A stretch of 64,000 nt of DNA from NCBI GenBank assembly GCA_964452555.1, contig CAYVMI010000002.1, positions 153,414 through 217,413 of the forward strand, given 5' to 3'. Numbering within the stretch: the stretch's first letter is position 1; every line of letters begins with the position of its first letter. Position numbers and translations under genes: made by a program. The stretch is from an uncultured Desulfobacterales bacterium. Its GTDB lineage: Bacteria > Desulfobacterota > Desulfobacteria > Desulfobacterales > B30-G6. Below the pieces are notes generated by a model. The model did no database searches. It was not told the DNA's origin and was given only the letters and a program-made list of their open reading frames with translations. This document shows, piece by piece, positions 50,096 to 60,102 of this stretch.

Positions 50096-51868
50096 ATGGC
50101 TGAGACAAAACCCAACGAAAAACAGAGACTGATCGTCGCCAACTGCAGCGGTTTTTTTGGCGATCGTTTTACCGCCGCCCAGGAGATGGTGCAGGGTGGT
50201 CCCATCGATTTTTTAACCGGCGATTATCTGGCTGAGTTGACCATGGCAATTCTGCTGCGAAAGCAGCTAAAGGATCCCAATGCAGGCTATGTTTCAACTT
50301 TTTTAAAACAGATGGAAGCCGTCATGGGTGAATGTCTGGATAAGCAAATCCGGGTGGTATCCAACGCCGGCGGCCTCAATCCGGCATCCTTGGCCACGGA
50401 ACTTCAAGCTACTGCTGAGAAGCTGGGCCTGCATCCCAAAATTGCCTATATCGAAGGGGACAACCTCCTACCCCGGTTGGGAGAACTTCAAGAGCTCGGT
50501 GAGTCGTTTGACCATCTGGACAAGGGGATTGCACTCAAGGATGCCCAGGCACAACCCATCTCGGCCAATGCGTATTTAGGTTGCTGGGGTATTGTGGAAG
50601 CACTGAATAAGGGTGCCGACATTATTGTCGGCGGACGCCTGGCCGATGCCGCTCTGGTAATGGGGCCGGCCGCATGGCATTTTAAATGGCAACCAACAGA
50701 TTGGGACCAACTGGCAGGGGCAGCCGTTGCCGGTCACGTCATCGAGTGTAGCGCCCAGGCCACCGGCGGTAATTACTCATTTGTAGATGAAGTTCCTTCA
50801 TTTAAGAATGTCGGATTCCCCATTGCCGAGATGGAAGCAGATGGCGCCGCAACCATCACCAAGCATCCCCATACCGGCGGCCTCGTATCCATCGGCACCG
50901 TAACGGCCCAGCTCTTATATGAAGTTCGCGAGCCCAGCTATTTGACGCCGGATGTAATCGCCCGTTTCGACACCATTGATATTTCCGAAGAGAGTACTGA
51001 CCGCGTGCGAATTCAAGGTGTTAAAGGAGAGCCCCCCACCCAGACCAGTAAGGTATGCATCAATAATCTGGGTGGATATCGCAACAGCATGACCATCGTG
51101 CTGGCCGGCCTGGATATTGAGAAAAAAGCAGAGATTGTAACCGAGGCCTTATTTGAAAGCATTGGTGGGCGCGAAGCCTTTGCCGTGAGTGATGTCCAGT
51201 TGATTCGATCCGATAAGGTCGATCCCGATATTAATGAGGAGGCATTTGCGCATTTGCGTTTGTCGGTTATGGACCCGGATCCCAAGAAGGTGGCCCAGTT
51301 TTCAGCAAAGCTGGTGGAACTGGCCTTGGCCAATATCCCCGGTTTTACAGCCACAGCACCGCCAGCCAAAGGTACGCCAGCAGTTATGCATTGGCCCGCC
51401 TTGGTATCAAATCAGCATATCCAGCAAGCAGTCCATATTGACGGTGAGACCATTCTAATTGCCGCGCCCACGTCGGTTGCCGATCAAGTATCCCTTGAAG
51501 TTAACAGTCGTACCATACCCAGCCTGCCTGAATCGAAACATGTGCCGGTGGCTTTCGGAAAAGCATTTGCCACCCGCAGCGGCGACAAGGGCGGCAATGC
51601 CAATTTAGGTGTATGGGCCAAAACGCCGCTCGCATATGCATTTTTGCGTGAGTATCTGACGGTAGAAAGGCTTAAACGCTTGCTGGCGGACCTGAAGGAA
51701 TTCGATATCGAGCGTTATGAATTGCCAAATCTTCTGGCAGTCAATTTCTATATCAAGGGTATTTTGGGCGATGGCGTGGCGGCTTCCATGCGAAGCGATC
51801 CCCAGGCAAAAACATTGGGAGAATATTTGCGGGCTAAGATGGTCGAATTACCAGAAGTAATCCTTTAA
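50096..51868 (+). CDS. AtuA-family acyclic terpene utilisation protein (DUF1446)
   Basis: SGFFGDR, DYLAELTM, GHVIEC, QLLYE, TPDV, RSGDKGGNAN.G, DPQAKTLGE. Confidence 0.9.
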   Translation: MAETKPNEKQRLIVANCSGFFGDRFTAAQEMVQGGPIDFLTGDYLAELTMAILLRKQLKDPNAGYVSTFLKQMEAVMGECLDKQIRVVSNAGGLNPASLATELQATAEKLGLHPKIAYIEGDNLLPRLGELQELGESFDHLDKGIALKDAQAQPISANAYLGCWGIVEALNKGADIIVGGRLADAALVMGPAAWHFKWQPTDWDQLAGAAVAGHVIECSAQATGGNYSFVDEVPSFKNVGFPIAEMEADGAATITKHPHTGGLVSIGTVTAQLLYEVREPSYLTPDVIARFDTIDISEESTDRVRIQGVKGEPPTQTSKVCINNLGGYRNSMTIVLAGLDIEKKAEIVTEALFESIGGREAFAVSDVQLIRSDKVDPDINEEAFAHLRLSVMDPDPKKVAQFSAKLVELALANIPGFTATAPPAKGTPAVMHWPALVSNQHIQQAVHIDGETILIAAPTSVADQVSLEVNSRTIPSLPESKHVPVAFGKAFATRSGDKGGNANLGVWAKTPLAYAFLREYLTVERLKRLLADLKEFDIERYELPNLLAVNFYIKGILGDGVAASMRSDPQAKTLGEYLRAKMVELPEVIL

Positions 51869-51993
51869 CCTAACTTAAACGATTGCCGATATCACCGCAT
51901 CTACGGTGTCAGATGTGATGCCGCATAGGATACTATAGCGACATCGCATCTTCCTTGTATCTACGGCAATCTCAACAATCGATCAAGTTAGGT
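51868..51993. repeat. Long palindromic element (ACCTAACTT...AAGTTAGGT)
   Basis: Terminal inverted repeats; internally deleted relative at 54285-54354. Confidence 0.75.
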
Positions 51994-52170
51994 CTAGTAT
52001 GACCAAGGTATAACCTTTTGAACCTAAAATATTGTGGAAGGCAATGATTAGCGTACGTCAAATTCGCAGCGGAATGAAGCGCAACGCAGCCTGTCAGACC
52101 GAAGCCTATGGGTGAAGTCGGAAAATTGGGCTATTTACGAAGCAATCAAAATTTAAAAAAGGGGAAGTTC

Positions 52171-52596
52171 ATGAGCTACACCAAAGGGCTTACATTCGAA
52201 GAGATCGAAATCGGTGACAGCGATTCATTCTCCAAAACCATCAGCGAGTCGGATGTTTATTTATTTGCAGGGTTAAGCGGGGATTTTAATCCCATGCATG
52301 TGAATGAAGAATATGCCAAAAGCACACCTTTCAAAAGACGGATCGCTCATGGTCCTTTAACCCAAGGTCTAATCGCCCCGGTCCTGGGAACAAAGCTTCC
52401 GGGCTTGGGAACCATCGCCTTGGAGATCAAAACGCGGTTTCGCGCACCGACTTTTATTGGCGACACCATAACGGCCAGCGCCAAAGTATCTGAAAAATTG
52501 CCGGAAAAAAAGTGGGTACGAATGGATCTGAGCTTGACGAATCAAAAAGGAGAGTTGGTGGCCGAGGGTGAGGTGCTGGTCATGCCGCCGGTGTGA
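52171..52596 (+). CDS. MaoC family dehydratase
   Basis: FAGLSGDFNPMH, IAHG, PTFIGDT. Confidence 0.93.
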   Translation: MSYTKGLTFEEIEIGDSDSFSKTISESDVYLFAGLSGDFNPMHVNEEYAKSTPFKRRIAHGPLTQGLIAPVLGTKLPGLGTIALEIKTRFRAPTFIGDTITASAKVSEKLPEKKWVRMDLSLTNQKGELVAEGEVLVMPPV

Positions 52597-52683
52597 TCGA
52601 TCTGGCCAGAATATTTTCTGTTTTTATTTATTTTAGGTGGCAATCAAGCTATCGGCCGCTAGTTTGAAAAAACTTTGTTTCCT

Positions 52684-52872
52684 AACATCGAACGTCCAAC
52701 ATCCAACGTCGAAGGAAAAAAACAGGATTTAGGGGTGAAGGTTTGAAGGGGTGGCGGGTCAGTAATTAGCGTTTAGCTCTAAGCAGCATCCAAGCATCCT
52801 AGCATCCCGGCTTTAAAGCTGTTGATAATGGTTCCTTCGATGTTCAGTGTTCGATGTTCAATGTTGGAAGTT
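52684..52872. repeat. AACATCG heptad inverted pair enclosing other periodic repeats
   Basis: aacatcg aacgtcc aacatcc aacgtcg ... cgatgtt cagtgtt cgatgtt caatgtt. Confidence 0.75.
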
Positions 52873-52940
52873 AATTTTTTATAAAGCTTTATATTATAGC
52901 TATGAGCCGTAACATTATAAATTAACAAGGGTTATACATT

Positions 52941-54122
52941 ATGAGCTACGCATTTAACACCCAAGCTTCAAGCCAGGAGTATTTTAGCAAAGCCCACGAT
53001 TTGGTACGACGATCGGTCAAGGAATTCGTTGATCAAGAGATTCTGCCGCATATCGATGACTGGGAGGAGGCCGGTGAATTTCCGCGAGAACTTTATCAAA
53101 AAGCAGCCGATGTGGGCATTCTCGGTATTGGTTACCCCGAAGAATATGGCGGAATTCCAGGCGATATTTTTTTTCGGGTCGTGGTTACCGAGGAATTGAT
53201 GCGATCCGGATCGGGTGGTTTGGCTGCCGGTATCGGTTCCCTCAATATTGCTTTACCGCCAATTTTATCCTTGGGGACCGATGTTCAAAAAGAACGCTTT
53301 ATTACGCCGGTCCTCGCGGGCGAAAAAATTGCTGCCCTGGCGGTGACCGAGCCTGGTGGGGGATCCGATGTGGCCAACCTAGAGACCACCGCGGTGCGTG
53401 AGGGCGATCACTACCGGGTCACTGGCAGTAAAACTTTTATCACCAGCGGTTACCGGGCAGATCAGATCACCTGTGCTGTGCGTACCGGTAAAACTGGTGC
53501 TCATGGCATTAGCCTGCTTATAATTGAATCAGACACGCCTGGATACAGTGTATCTGATAAACTTAAAAAAACGGGATGGTGGGCTTCGGACACGGCCCAG
53601 ATTTTTTTGGATGACTGCTTGGTTCCGGTGGAGAATCTTATCGGCGAGGAAAACCAAGGGTTTTACGGTATCATGGAAAATTTTCAGGGAGAACGCTTAG
53701 CCCTGGCAATCATGGCCAATATGACCTCGCAAATGGCTTACGAGGCCTGTCTTGAATATGTTAAGGAGCGGGAAGCGTTCAATCGAAAACTACAAGGATT
53801 TCAGGTAATTCGTCACAAGTTGGTTGATATGGCCACCCGACTGGAAGCCAGCCGCGAATTTACGTATCGGATAGCTGCTAAAATTGATGCCGGACACGAC
53901 CAGGTTAAAGAAATCAGTATGGCAAAGAATTTTGCCTGCGAAGTGAGTGACAAAATTACCTATGATGCCGTACAGATATTTGGTGGTTATGGGTATATGC
54001 GCGGTTACTTGGTGGAAAGGTTGTTTCGAGACAACAGGATTCTATCTATTGGTGGCGGTACAACGGAAATTATGAAGGAAATCATCAGTTCTTTTCTATT
54101 CGAAAAGGGTTTTAAGTTATAA
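52941..54122 (+). CDS. Acyl-CoA dehydrogenase (AtuD-like)
   Basis: AVTEPGGGSDVA, GSKTFITSG, NFQGERL, IGGGTTEIMK. Confidence 0.92.
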   Translation: MSYAFNTQASSQEYFSKAHDLVRRSVKEFVDQEILPHIDDWEEAGEFPRELYQKAADVGILGIGYPEEYGGIPGDIFFRVVVTEELMRSGSGGLAAGIGSLNIALPPILSLGTDVQKERFITPVLAGEKIAALAVTEPGGGSDVANLETTAVREGDHYRVTGSKTFITSGYRADQITCAVRTGKTGAHGISLLIIESDTPGYSVSDKLKKTGWWASDTAQIFLDDCLVPVENLIGEENQGFYGIMENFQGERLALAIMANMTSQMAYEACLEYVKEREAFNRKLQGFQVIRHKLVDMATRLEASREFTYRIAAKIDAGHDQVKEISMAKNFACEVSDKITYDAVQIFGGYGYMRGYLVERLFRDNRILSIGGGTTEIMKEIISSFLFEKGFKL

Positions 54123-54169
54123 GCTTGCAGTCATCAGCAGCTTATAACTGTGGCTTATGGCCTAGAGCT
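54115..54169. repeat. AGC-heptad palindrome
   Basis: agttata agcttgc agtcatc AGCAGCT tataact ... Confidence 0.7.
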
Positions 54170-54176
54170 TTTTAAA

Positions 54177-54204
54177 TTGACAACATAATCAAGGAGATTA
54201 TAGT
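54177..54204 (+). promoter_or_regulatory. Sigma70-like promoter
   Basis: TTGACA-16 nt-TATAGT. Confidence 0.6.
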
Positions 54205-54235
54205 AGTCGTTGTACAAAAATTGGCTGAAATCGGG

Positions 54236-54262
54236 GCCTATGCATCTGGTATAGGCTTTTTT
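54236..54262 (+). terminator. Intrinsic terminator
   Basis: GCCTATGC-atctg-GTATAGGC followed by TTTTTT. Confidence 0.65.
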
Positions 54263-54371
54263 ATTTCACTCTAATACCGAGTACGTTGGGATTGCCGATT
54301 TTGCCGCATCTACATCGTACCTAGCAGCAATCTCAACAATCGCTCAATTTAGGGACTTTCATATCGAAAAG

Positions 54372-55589
54372 ATGGATTCTATGCCTCCAAAAAACTTCCT
54401 CGGTGACGCGATCAGCATTAAGCTTAAGCTGATGGGATTGCAATTATTGGTGATCTGCTTTTTCCTCCAAGTTCCTTTGACAGCCTGGTCCGGAGACAGC
54501 CCTAAAAAAGAGAAGATTCCAGGTTCGCTAAATCCGGTCTTTGAGCATCTTCTGGTCATAAACAGTCCGGATGGCGCACTGCCTCTGGATCCTAAAATGA
54601 TCAATGATCTTGCGGCCTTCGTGCTGGCTTCCAAGAAAGAAGATCGTTTTTATTATACAGATGGTCCTTTTGAGATGACTTCAGCCTATCATGAGTTTAC
54701 ATTTGATAAAGATCTAGCCCAGATCCTGAAGCTAGCCTACAATCCAAAGCTGCCCTCATTTTTTACCAATCCGTCCTCAATCAGGCTATCCTATTGGACC
54801 CGTTTTGAAGATGGTCGCAAAGAAATGCCAAAATTATGGGAATTCCTGGACGGCGGTGAGCTACCGATCATAGCCAGAGGTCATGAAATCGTCGAAAATA
54901 CTCCGGATCTCAATACGGGTGGATACTATCGCTATGGATTGGATCGCACCTTGATTCTGACCAAGCATCAAGGCAATAACGTTTTGATATCACTTAGTAA
55001 ACAGACTGAGGCATCAGACATAGGTAAAAAAGGTTTGGTCTTGGGTTCCGATGATGATTGGAACTATCTTTACTCTGGCAAGAAGGGGCTCAACAAGTCA
55101 GGGCTGGGCTGGGTAAAGTCGTATATGTATGATTCCGTTTCGGCAGTCGTCTATTATGAGGTTCCGGGCGAAACACCGCAAGTTAAATGCGGCGCTTTCA
55201 AATGGCTTAATGCCGGCTGGCGCAAAATCAACATGGTGAAAGAACATCATATTCACAAAGGACTGTTACGCTACGCCCAGGCCTTTAAAGCCGTAGTGGA
55301 GAATCCAAACCTACCGGAAGTATCTGTTATGGCTGATACATTTGACAGAATTGAGACCATGGAAATCGGAAAACTGCAGCAAGTATATCTGGCTTATTTA
55401 GAATCGTTTCGTGAAGATAACGTTGACAATAAGGCACTGTCTAACGGCTGGATAGCTGATATCTTATCCGACGGGCAGGTGGAAAATATGGATCCGCGTG
55501 AACTGCGGGCCGCCATCATGCTGGACTACATTAAAAGTTTGCTGGGAAAACCGCATTATATTGATGCCGCAAAATTGGGATACCAATAG
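54372..55589 (+). CDS. Hypothetical exported protein
   Basis: 405-aa ORF with a signal-like hydrophobic stretch; start uncertain. Confidence 0.75.
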   Translation: MDSMPPKNFLGDAISIKLKLMGLQLLVICFFLQVPLTAWSGDSPKKEKIPGSLNPVFEHLLVINSPDGALPLDPKMINDLAAFVLASKKEDRFYYTDGPFEMTSAYHEFTFDKDLAQILKLAYNPKLPSFFTNPSSIRLSYWTRFEDGRKEMPKLWEFLDGGELPIIARGHEIVENTPDLNTGGYYRYGLDRTLILTKHQGNNVLISLSKQTEASDIGKKGLVLGSDDDWNYLYSGKKGLNKSGLGWVKSYMYDSVSAVVYYEVPGETPQVKCGAFKWLNAGWRKINMVKEHHIHKGLLRYAQAFKAVVENPNLPEVSVMADTFDRIETMEIGKLQQVYLAYLESFREDNVDNKALSNGWIADILSDGQVENMDPRELRAAIMLDYIKSLLGKPHYIDAAKLGYQ

Positions 55590-55595
55590 AAAATT

Positions 55596-55651
55596 AGCTT
55601 GCAGCGGTCAGCTCTAAGCAGCTTAATGCTTAGTGCCGAAGGCTTATGACC
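55596..55651. repeat. AGC-heptad palindrome
   Basis: agcttgc agcggtc agctcta AGCAGCT taatgct tagtgcc gaaggct tatgacc. Confidence 0.8.
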
Positions 55652-55742
55652 GCCACCAGTCTTCAGCCTAATAGCCTCATTTGAGTCCTATAAAATCAGG
55701 TAAAATAAATCGCTGAGCAAATCATTTGAGTTCATTTCAAAT

Positions 55743-56927
55743 TTAGGGTTGTAGATAATTTGCAAGGATATGGGCTGTTTCCTCAGCCCCGCTCAATTTG
55801 ATTAACGCTCTTTTCATTTTCTCCTTGTTTATCTGGGATTTAATCGCGCCATAGAGTATCTCGGAACTGATCATTCCCTCTCTCAGGTGAACGATCTGTT
55901 CCCCCGCCGCCTCTTGGAGCCTCTTGACATGCTCTTCCTGTTCCTGGTCATTCAGGGTCCTAGTGACAACAATAGTGGGCACACCGGCAGCAATAGCATC
56001 GCAGAGACTGTTGTAGCCGCCATAGGTGATCAAGAGGTTGGCGTTTTTGAGGGCATTGAAATATTGGTCGCTTACCTGTTCAAAGCTACAAAAGGGAAGG
56101 TTTTCCAGGGCCTCCTTTTCTTGGGCAGCATGGCTTGTGAGATCCTTCCTATTCACGAAAAAGCGCCAATGACCATATTTGTCACCCATTTTTTTTAGTG
56201 TCCCGGAAATCGTATTCAGGAGGCTTTTTGTTTCATTGGTCATCCATGGCAGAGATACGACATTTGACGCGTCCTTGATGCCATCCTCCTGCCAATGGAT
56301 TATTTCCATGAACCGCGACACATAACCTGTGCCCCTGGCTTGACTTGAAAAAAAGCGTTCTAATCTCTCACGGTTGGCACTTCCTAGTATGGACTCATCA
56401 CCATACCAAAAAAGCGCATCATAGTATTTCTGGAAAGTCTTTTTTGATTCCTGAGACCATAGTTTGTTGTCGTTACCGCTGATGCTTCTCATGCCAAGTA
56501 CCCACCTTGTGTCCGTATTCTGAGACAGCATCAGTGATGATGCAAGTTCATCCTTTCTTCCCAAAGGGAGGTGGTCTACCAACATCAGTCTGGGTCTGAA
56601 TTCCCAAATAATTGACTCAATGAACTTTTCTCTTGCAGGGCCAAGATAGCAGTTCTTTAAATTCATATCACCGAGCTTCCCGCGTGCGCTACCCTTTTCA
56701 ATAAAAGTCTTATAGGAGGGAAGTTTCATCCAATCAAGCGGGCACTCTCCCAAGAGCATCTGAGTTTCCCTGAATCCGGTCAAGAGCAGGATTTTCAGTT
56801 CAGGATAAAGCCTTCTCAATGCCATCCCGATTGCCGCACTCCTGCTCACATGCCCCAGACCTCTTCCATCCTGTGCATATATCAAAATATCAAGTCGTGA
56901 TTTATCGAAGATCTTTGGATAAGTCAT
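55743..56927 (-). CDS. Predicted GT-B glycosyltransferase
   Basis: YAQDGRGLGHVSR, LVDHLP.G, GGYNS, EQ motifs. Confidence 0.82.
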   Translation of the reverse strand: MTYPKIFDKSRLDILIYAQDGRGLGHVSRSAAIGMALRRLYPELKILLLTGFRETQMLLGECPLDWMKLPSYKTFIEKGSARGKLGDMNLKNCYLGPAREKFIESIIWEFRPRLMLVDHLPLGRKDELASSLMLSQNTDTRWVLGMRSISGNDNKLWSQESKKTFQKYYDALFWYGDESILGSANRERLERFFSSQARGTGYVSRFMEIIHWQEDGIKDASNVVSLPWMTNETKSLLNTISGTLKKMGDKYGHWRFFVNRKDLTSHAAQEKEALENLPFCSFEQVSDQYFNALKNANLLITYGGYNSLCDAIAAGVPTIVVTRTLNDQEQEEHVKRLQEAAGEQIVHLREGMISSEILYGAIKSQINKEKMKRALIKLSGAEETAHILANYLQP

Positions 56928-56948
56928 GGGCCATAATGTCCGAAATAA

Positions 56949-57911
56949 TTACATACAAAATTCCTCGAACCGATATACAAGAGACGGTGCCAATTCCTTA
57001 AAAGTTCTGGTGTTCAAGGTTTGCCCTTCAAGATCTCCGAAAAGATCCTGATCTTCATTCATGTATTTAAAACAGGACATCCAGGACTCGACCCAATCCT
57101 CAGAATACCCTTTACCGACAAGACCATCCTTGGCCTTTTCATAATCTATCAATTCATATGTCAGATCCCTGCGATTAATCACATCTGCAATGATCTTGAC
57201 GATTCGATCCATTGAAAGGGCTTTCGGTCCTGGCAGTTGATGGATTGACTGCCCGCGAAAGGAAAGCTTCAACAGGAATCCTGCTGCCGCCTGGGCCACA
57301 TCTTCCACCGATATCAGGGGCAAAGGCGTGTGAGGATACAGCGGAGATGTTATAATCCCCTTTTTGCTATCAAATGAAAGAAAGTCAAAAAGGCTTTCCA
57401 TAAAAAGAGACGGTCTGAGATGAACTATGTGGACATTCTTGAGCCAATTGAGCCTTCTTTCAAGATCATAGTTCCCCAATATCGGTCCTGTCTTGTCAGG
57501 CCTATGAGCACCCAGACAACTGACGTGTACGATATATTTAAGGGATGAGCCTTTTATTGAATCAAACAATGATTCGACGACTCTGTACTGAAAAGCATTG
57601 AAATCTTCTATGTGTCGAGGAAAGGGCACCATTATGAGGGCAGCCTCGGCTTTCCGGAACAGATGTGACAGAAAATGAGAATCTTGCATTGATCCGAAAC
57701 ATATTTCTGCCCCTTCCTTCAATAGTTCACGGAACATCGTCCTGTTTCTGCCAGTGAGAATGACGCCGCCTTTATGGGAAGGTATTACAAGCTTTGCCAC
57801 CCTACTCCCGACATTTCCACTTGCCCCTGTCAGGATTATTCTATGTTTTTTATCTGTGGACAACCCGATATCCTGATTCTTTCCTGATATTCCCATACCG
57901 ATCAGACTCAA
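56949..57911 (-). CDS. NmrA-like NAD(P)-binding protein
   Basis: LTGASGNVG, LRPSLFME, ISVEDVA; start uncertain. Confidence 0.85.
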   Translation of the reverse strand: MSLIGMGISGKNQDIGLSTDKKHRIILTGASGNVGSRVAKLVIPSHKGGVILTGRNRTMFRELLKEGAEICFGSMQDSHFLSHLFRKAEAALIMVPFPRHIEDFNAFQYRVVESLFDSIKGSSLKYIVHVSCLGAHRPDKTGPILGNYDLERRLNWLKNVHIVHLRPSLFMESLFDFLSFDSKKGIITSPLYPHTPLPLISVEDVAQAAAGFLLKLSFRGQSIHQLPGPKALSMDRIVKIIADVINRRDLTYELIDYEKAKDGLVGKGYSEDWVESWMSCFKYMNEDQDLFGDLEGQTLNTRTFKELAPSLVYRFEEFCM

Positions 57912-58158
57912 AAATGAACTTCTTAATCGTATGGTAGTGCACGAAAAAAATGCATTGTAAAACCCACTGCAAGTATCAAGGGATGAGATCGCGGTACACT
58001 GTTTTGCTCCGCCCTATGCGAATTTGAGGGACGCTGTGAATTTGGGATATCGAAGTATAAAGAATACCATATAAGGTGTCAATGACGAAGGGTCTTGACT
58101 TTGGACAGAAAACACCCAACTATGGGCTAATTGTAACAGCTAGTAATACGGATCTCAT

Positions 58159-59130
58159 ATGCTTAGCCTTGATAATATAATTGGATTAAATATTGAAATG
58201 TCATCGATCTGCAACGCGAAATGTCCTTTTTGCAGCAGGTTTAAAAAAGTCAGATCCTACGACAATTATCTGATTCGGGTGACAGATTTCAAGCTGCTGC
58301 CCAAGTCCCTGTTTAGACAGCTTGAATGGATTGCATTCGGAGGAAATTTTGGTGATCTGGCCGCAAACAAAGATATGCCCAAAATTGCCGAATACGCCAA
58401 ACAGCTGAATCCCAGGATTCAGCTGCAAGGGGATTCCAATGGTTCCCTGCAGAAAGCATCATGGTGGCATGAACTGGGATTGCAATATCAAGATGGTTTC
58501 ATGGTTTTTTCCCTGGACGGGCTTGATGATACCCATGCAATACACCGACGGGGAACAGACTTTAAAACAATCGTAGAAAATGTCCAGGCTTTTGCTGGTG
58601 CCGGTGGAGTTGCTCACTGGAAATTTATCTTATTTGAACATAACGAACATCAGATCCGCGAGGCTGAAAAGATTGCTGAGCATATCGGATGTACAAGATT
58701 TTTTGTGGTTTCTTCCAGAGAATACAATGAGGAATGCCGTCGCCCGCTTACCATGCAGTTTGATTTGAAAAATGAGATTTATACCCGATATCAAAAGCAA
58801 ATCTTATCTGAAAATGAGTTTGCCAAATGCAAACCTTTTTCAAATCAGTCCATTTATATAGCGGCCGACGGGACTGTCCATCCCTGCTGTTTGGCACATT
58901 GCATGTATATCACCGAGTACGAACCGTCGTTTAAATTTGCAGCACAATTAATTAAAGATTATCTAGATCGGATTAATTTCAAAACGCGGCCGCTTGAAAA
59001 AATTATACAGGGTGAGTATTTTGAAAAAATGTTCAAATTATCAAAAACTAGTTCGTATTGCATTTTAAAATGTAATAAGTACAAAAAAGAAGCTCAAAAA
59101 GAACTGATTCTGTATGATCAGTATTTTTAA
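58159..59130 (+). CDS. Radical SAM protein with SPASM/twitch-like C-terminus
   Basis: CNAKCPFC, SNG, FSLDG, ADGTVHPCC, C-terminal CILKC. Confidence 0.88.
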   Translation: MLSLDNIIGLNIEMSSICNAKCPFCSRFKKVRSYDNYLIRVTDFKLLPKSLFRQLEWIAFGGNFGDLAANKDMPKIAEYAKQLNPRIQLQGDSNGSLQKASWWHELGLQYQDGFMVFSLDGLDDTHAIHRRGTDFKTIVENVQAFAGAGGVAHWKFILFEHNEHQIREAEKIAEHIGCTRFFVVSSREYNEECRRPLTMQFDLKNEIYTRYQKQILSENEFAKCKPFSNQSIYIAADGTVHPCCLAHCMYITEYEPSFKFAAQLIKDYLDRINFKTRPLEKIIQGEYFEKMFKLSKTSSYCILKCNKYKKEAQKELILYDQYF

Positions 59131-59196
59131 GACGTTTGGCAAATAGATCGACAGCAATCCAATTGGATACCGTAAATTAAATAGAAAACACTAAGC

Positions 59197-60102
59197 CTAA
59201 ATTTGATGACGCTGATAGTACTCGCGATATTCCTGATTCACTAGCGGGAACGCACCGTAAATCTCCAGGAAGAATTTAAAGGAAATCATCTTGAGGTATG
59301 AGTAAACCGGGGTGGCAATGAGGGTTGCCAAAGATATGCGTATCCAATAGGTGTCGACGACCAGCAGGACAATCAACGGCAAGATAAAGACAAAGATCAG
59401 TTCGACTACAAGACGCAAGGTAAAAAAAAGCCAGGCGGGTCCGAGGACCTGCTTCGAATGGAACAGTTTGAAATAAAGACCCAGTTTTTGCCCAAACCGA
59501 CCTTTGGAAATGACCGCCAGCTTGGAGGAAAACGAAAATCCAGCCATGGCTAAAGGGGCAAACAAGGCAACTTGGAAGCCCAGCATCAACGGGGCTAATA
59601 TGGTGTGGGTCGCCTGCCATATTAATAGGGTCACAAGGTAACCGAGGATGGACCAGAGCATATAAAGGCCGCAGATGCTACCCACGGCGATGGCATCCCA
59701 CAGCACCTGTTCCCATCGAATCACCGCCAGGGAACCTATTAAGCCAAATGCGCCGCGCTCGGATCGATGCATACGCCGCATATCGCTGCTGGGCCATAAT
59801 GATATCAATTGTTTAAGCAAAAACAGACCCACCAAGATGATGAAGGTGCGATAATCCGTCAACAGACGCCAAATATCTAAAGGTAACACCTCGAACACAT
59901 AGCGGGCAGATTCGAGGGTCAACTGTTTGATTTCGGATGTATCCAATACGGATCGGTCCACTTTTACAAATTTTTTAAGTGCCCGATCCAGCAACATCAA
60001 TACAAAAATCAGTAGAAAAAAGGATTTATACTTAAATAAATCTTTGGCCGAGTTGAATAAAAGAATTTGGAGGAGTCTGTCCGCTCTAGCACTGCGCGTC
60101 AT
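59197..60102 (-). CDS. Hypothetical membrane protein
   Basis: Multiple TM segments; ATGA-coupled to the PAP2 gene. Confidence 0.8.
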   Translation of the reverse strand: MTRSARADRLLQILLFNSAKDLFKYKSFFLLIFVLMLLDRALKKFVKVDRSVLDTSEIKQLTLESARYVFEVLPLDIWRLLTDYRTFIILVGLFLLKQLISLWPSSDMRRMHRSERGAFGLIGSLAVIRWEQVLWDAIAVGSICGLYMLWSILGYLVTLLIWQATHTILAPLMLGFQVALFAPLAMAGFSFSSKLAVISKGRFGQKLGLYFKLFHSKQVLGPAWLFFTLRLVVELIFVFILPLIVLLVVDTYWIRISLATLIATPVYSYLKMISFKFFLEIYGAFPLVNQEYREYYQRHQI

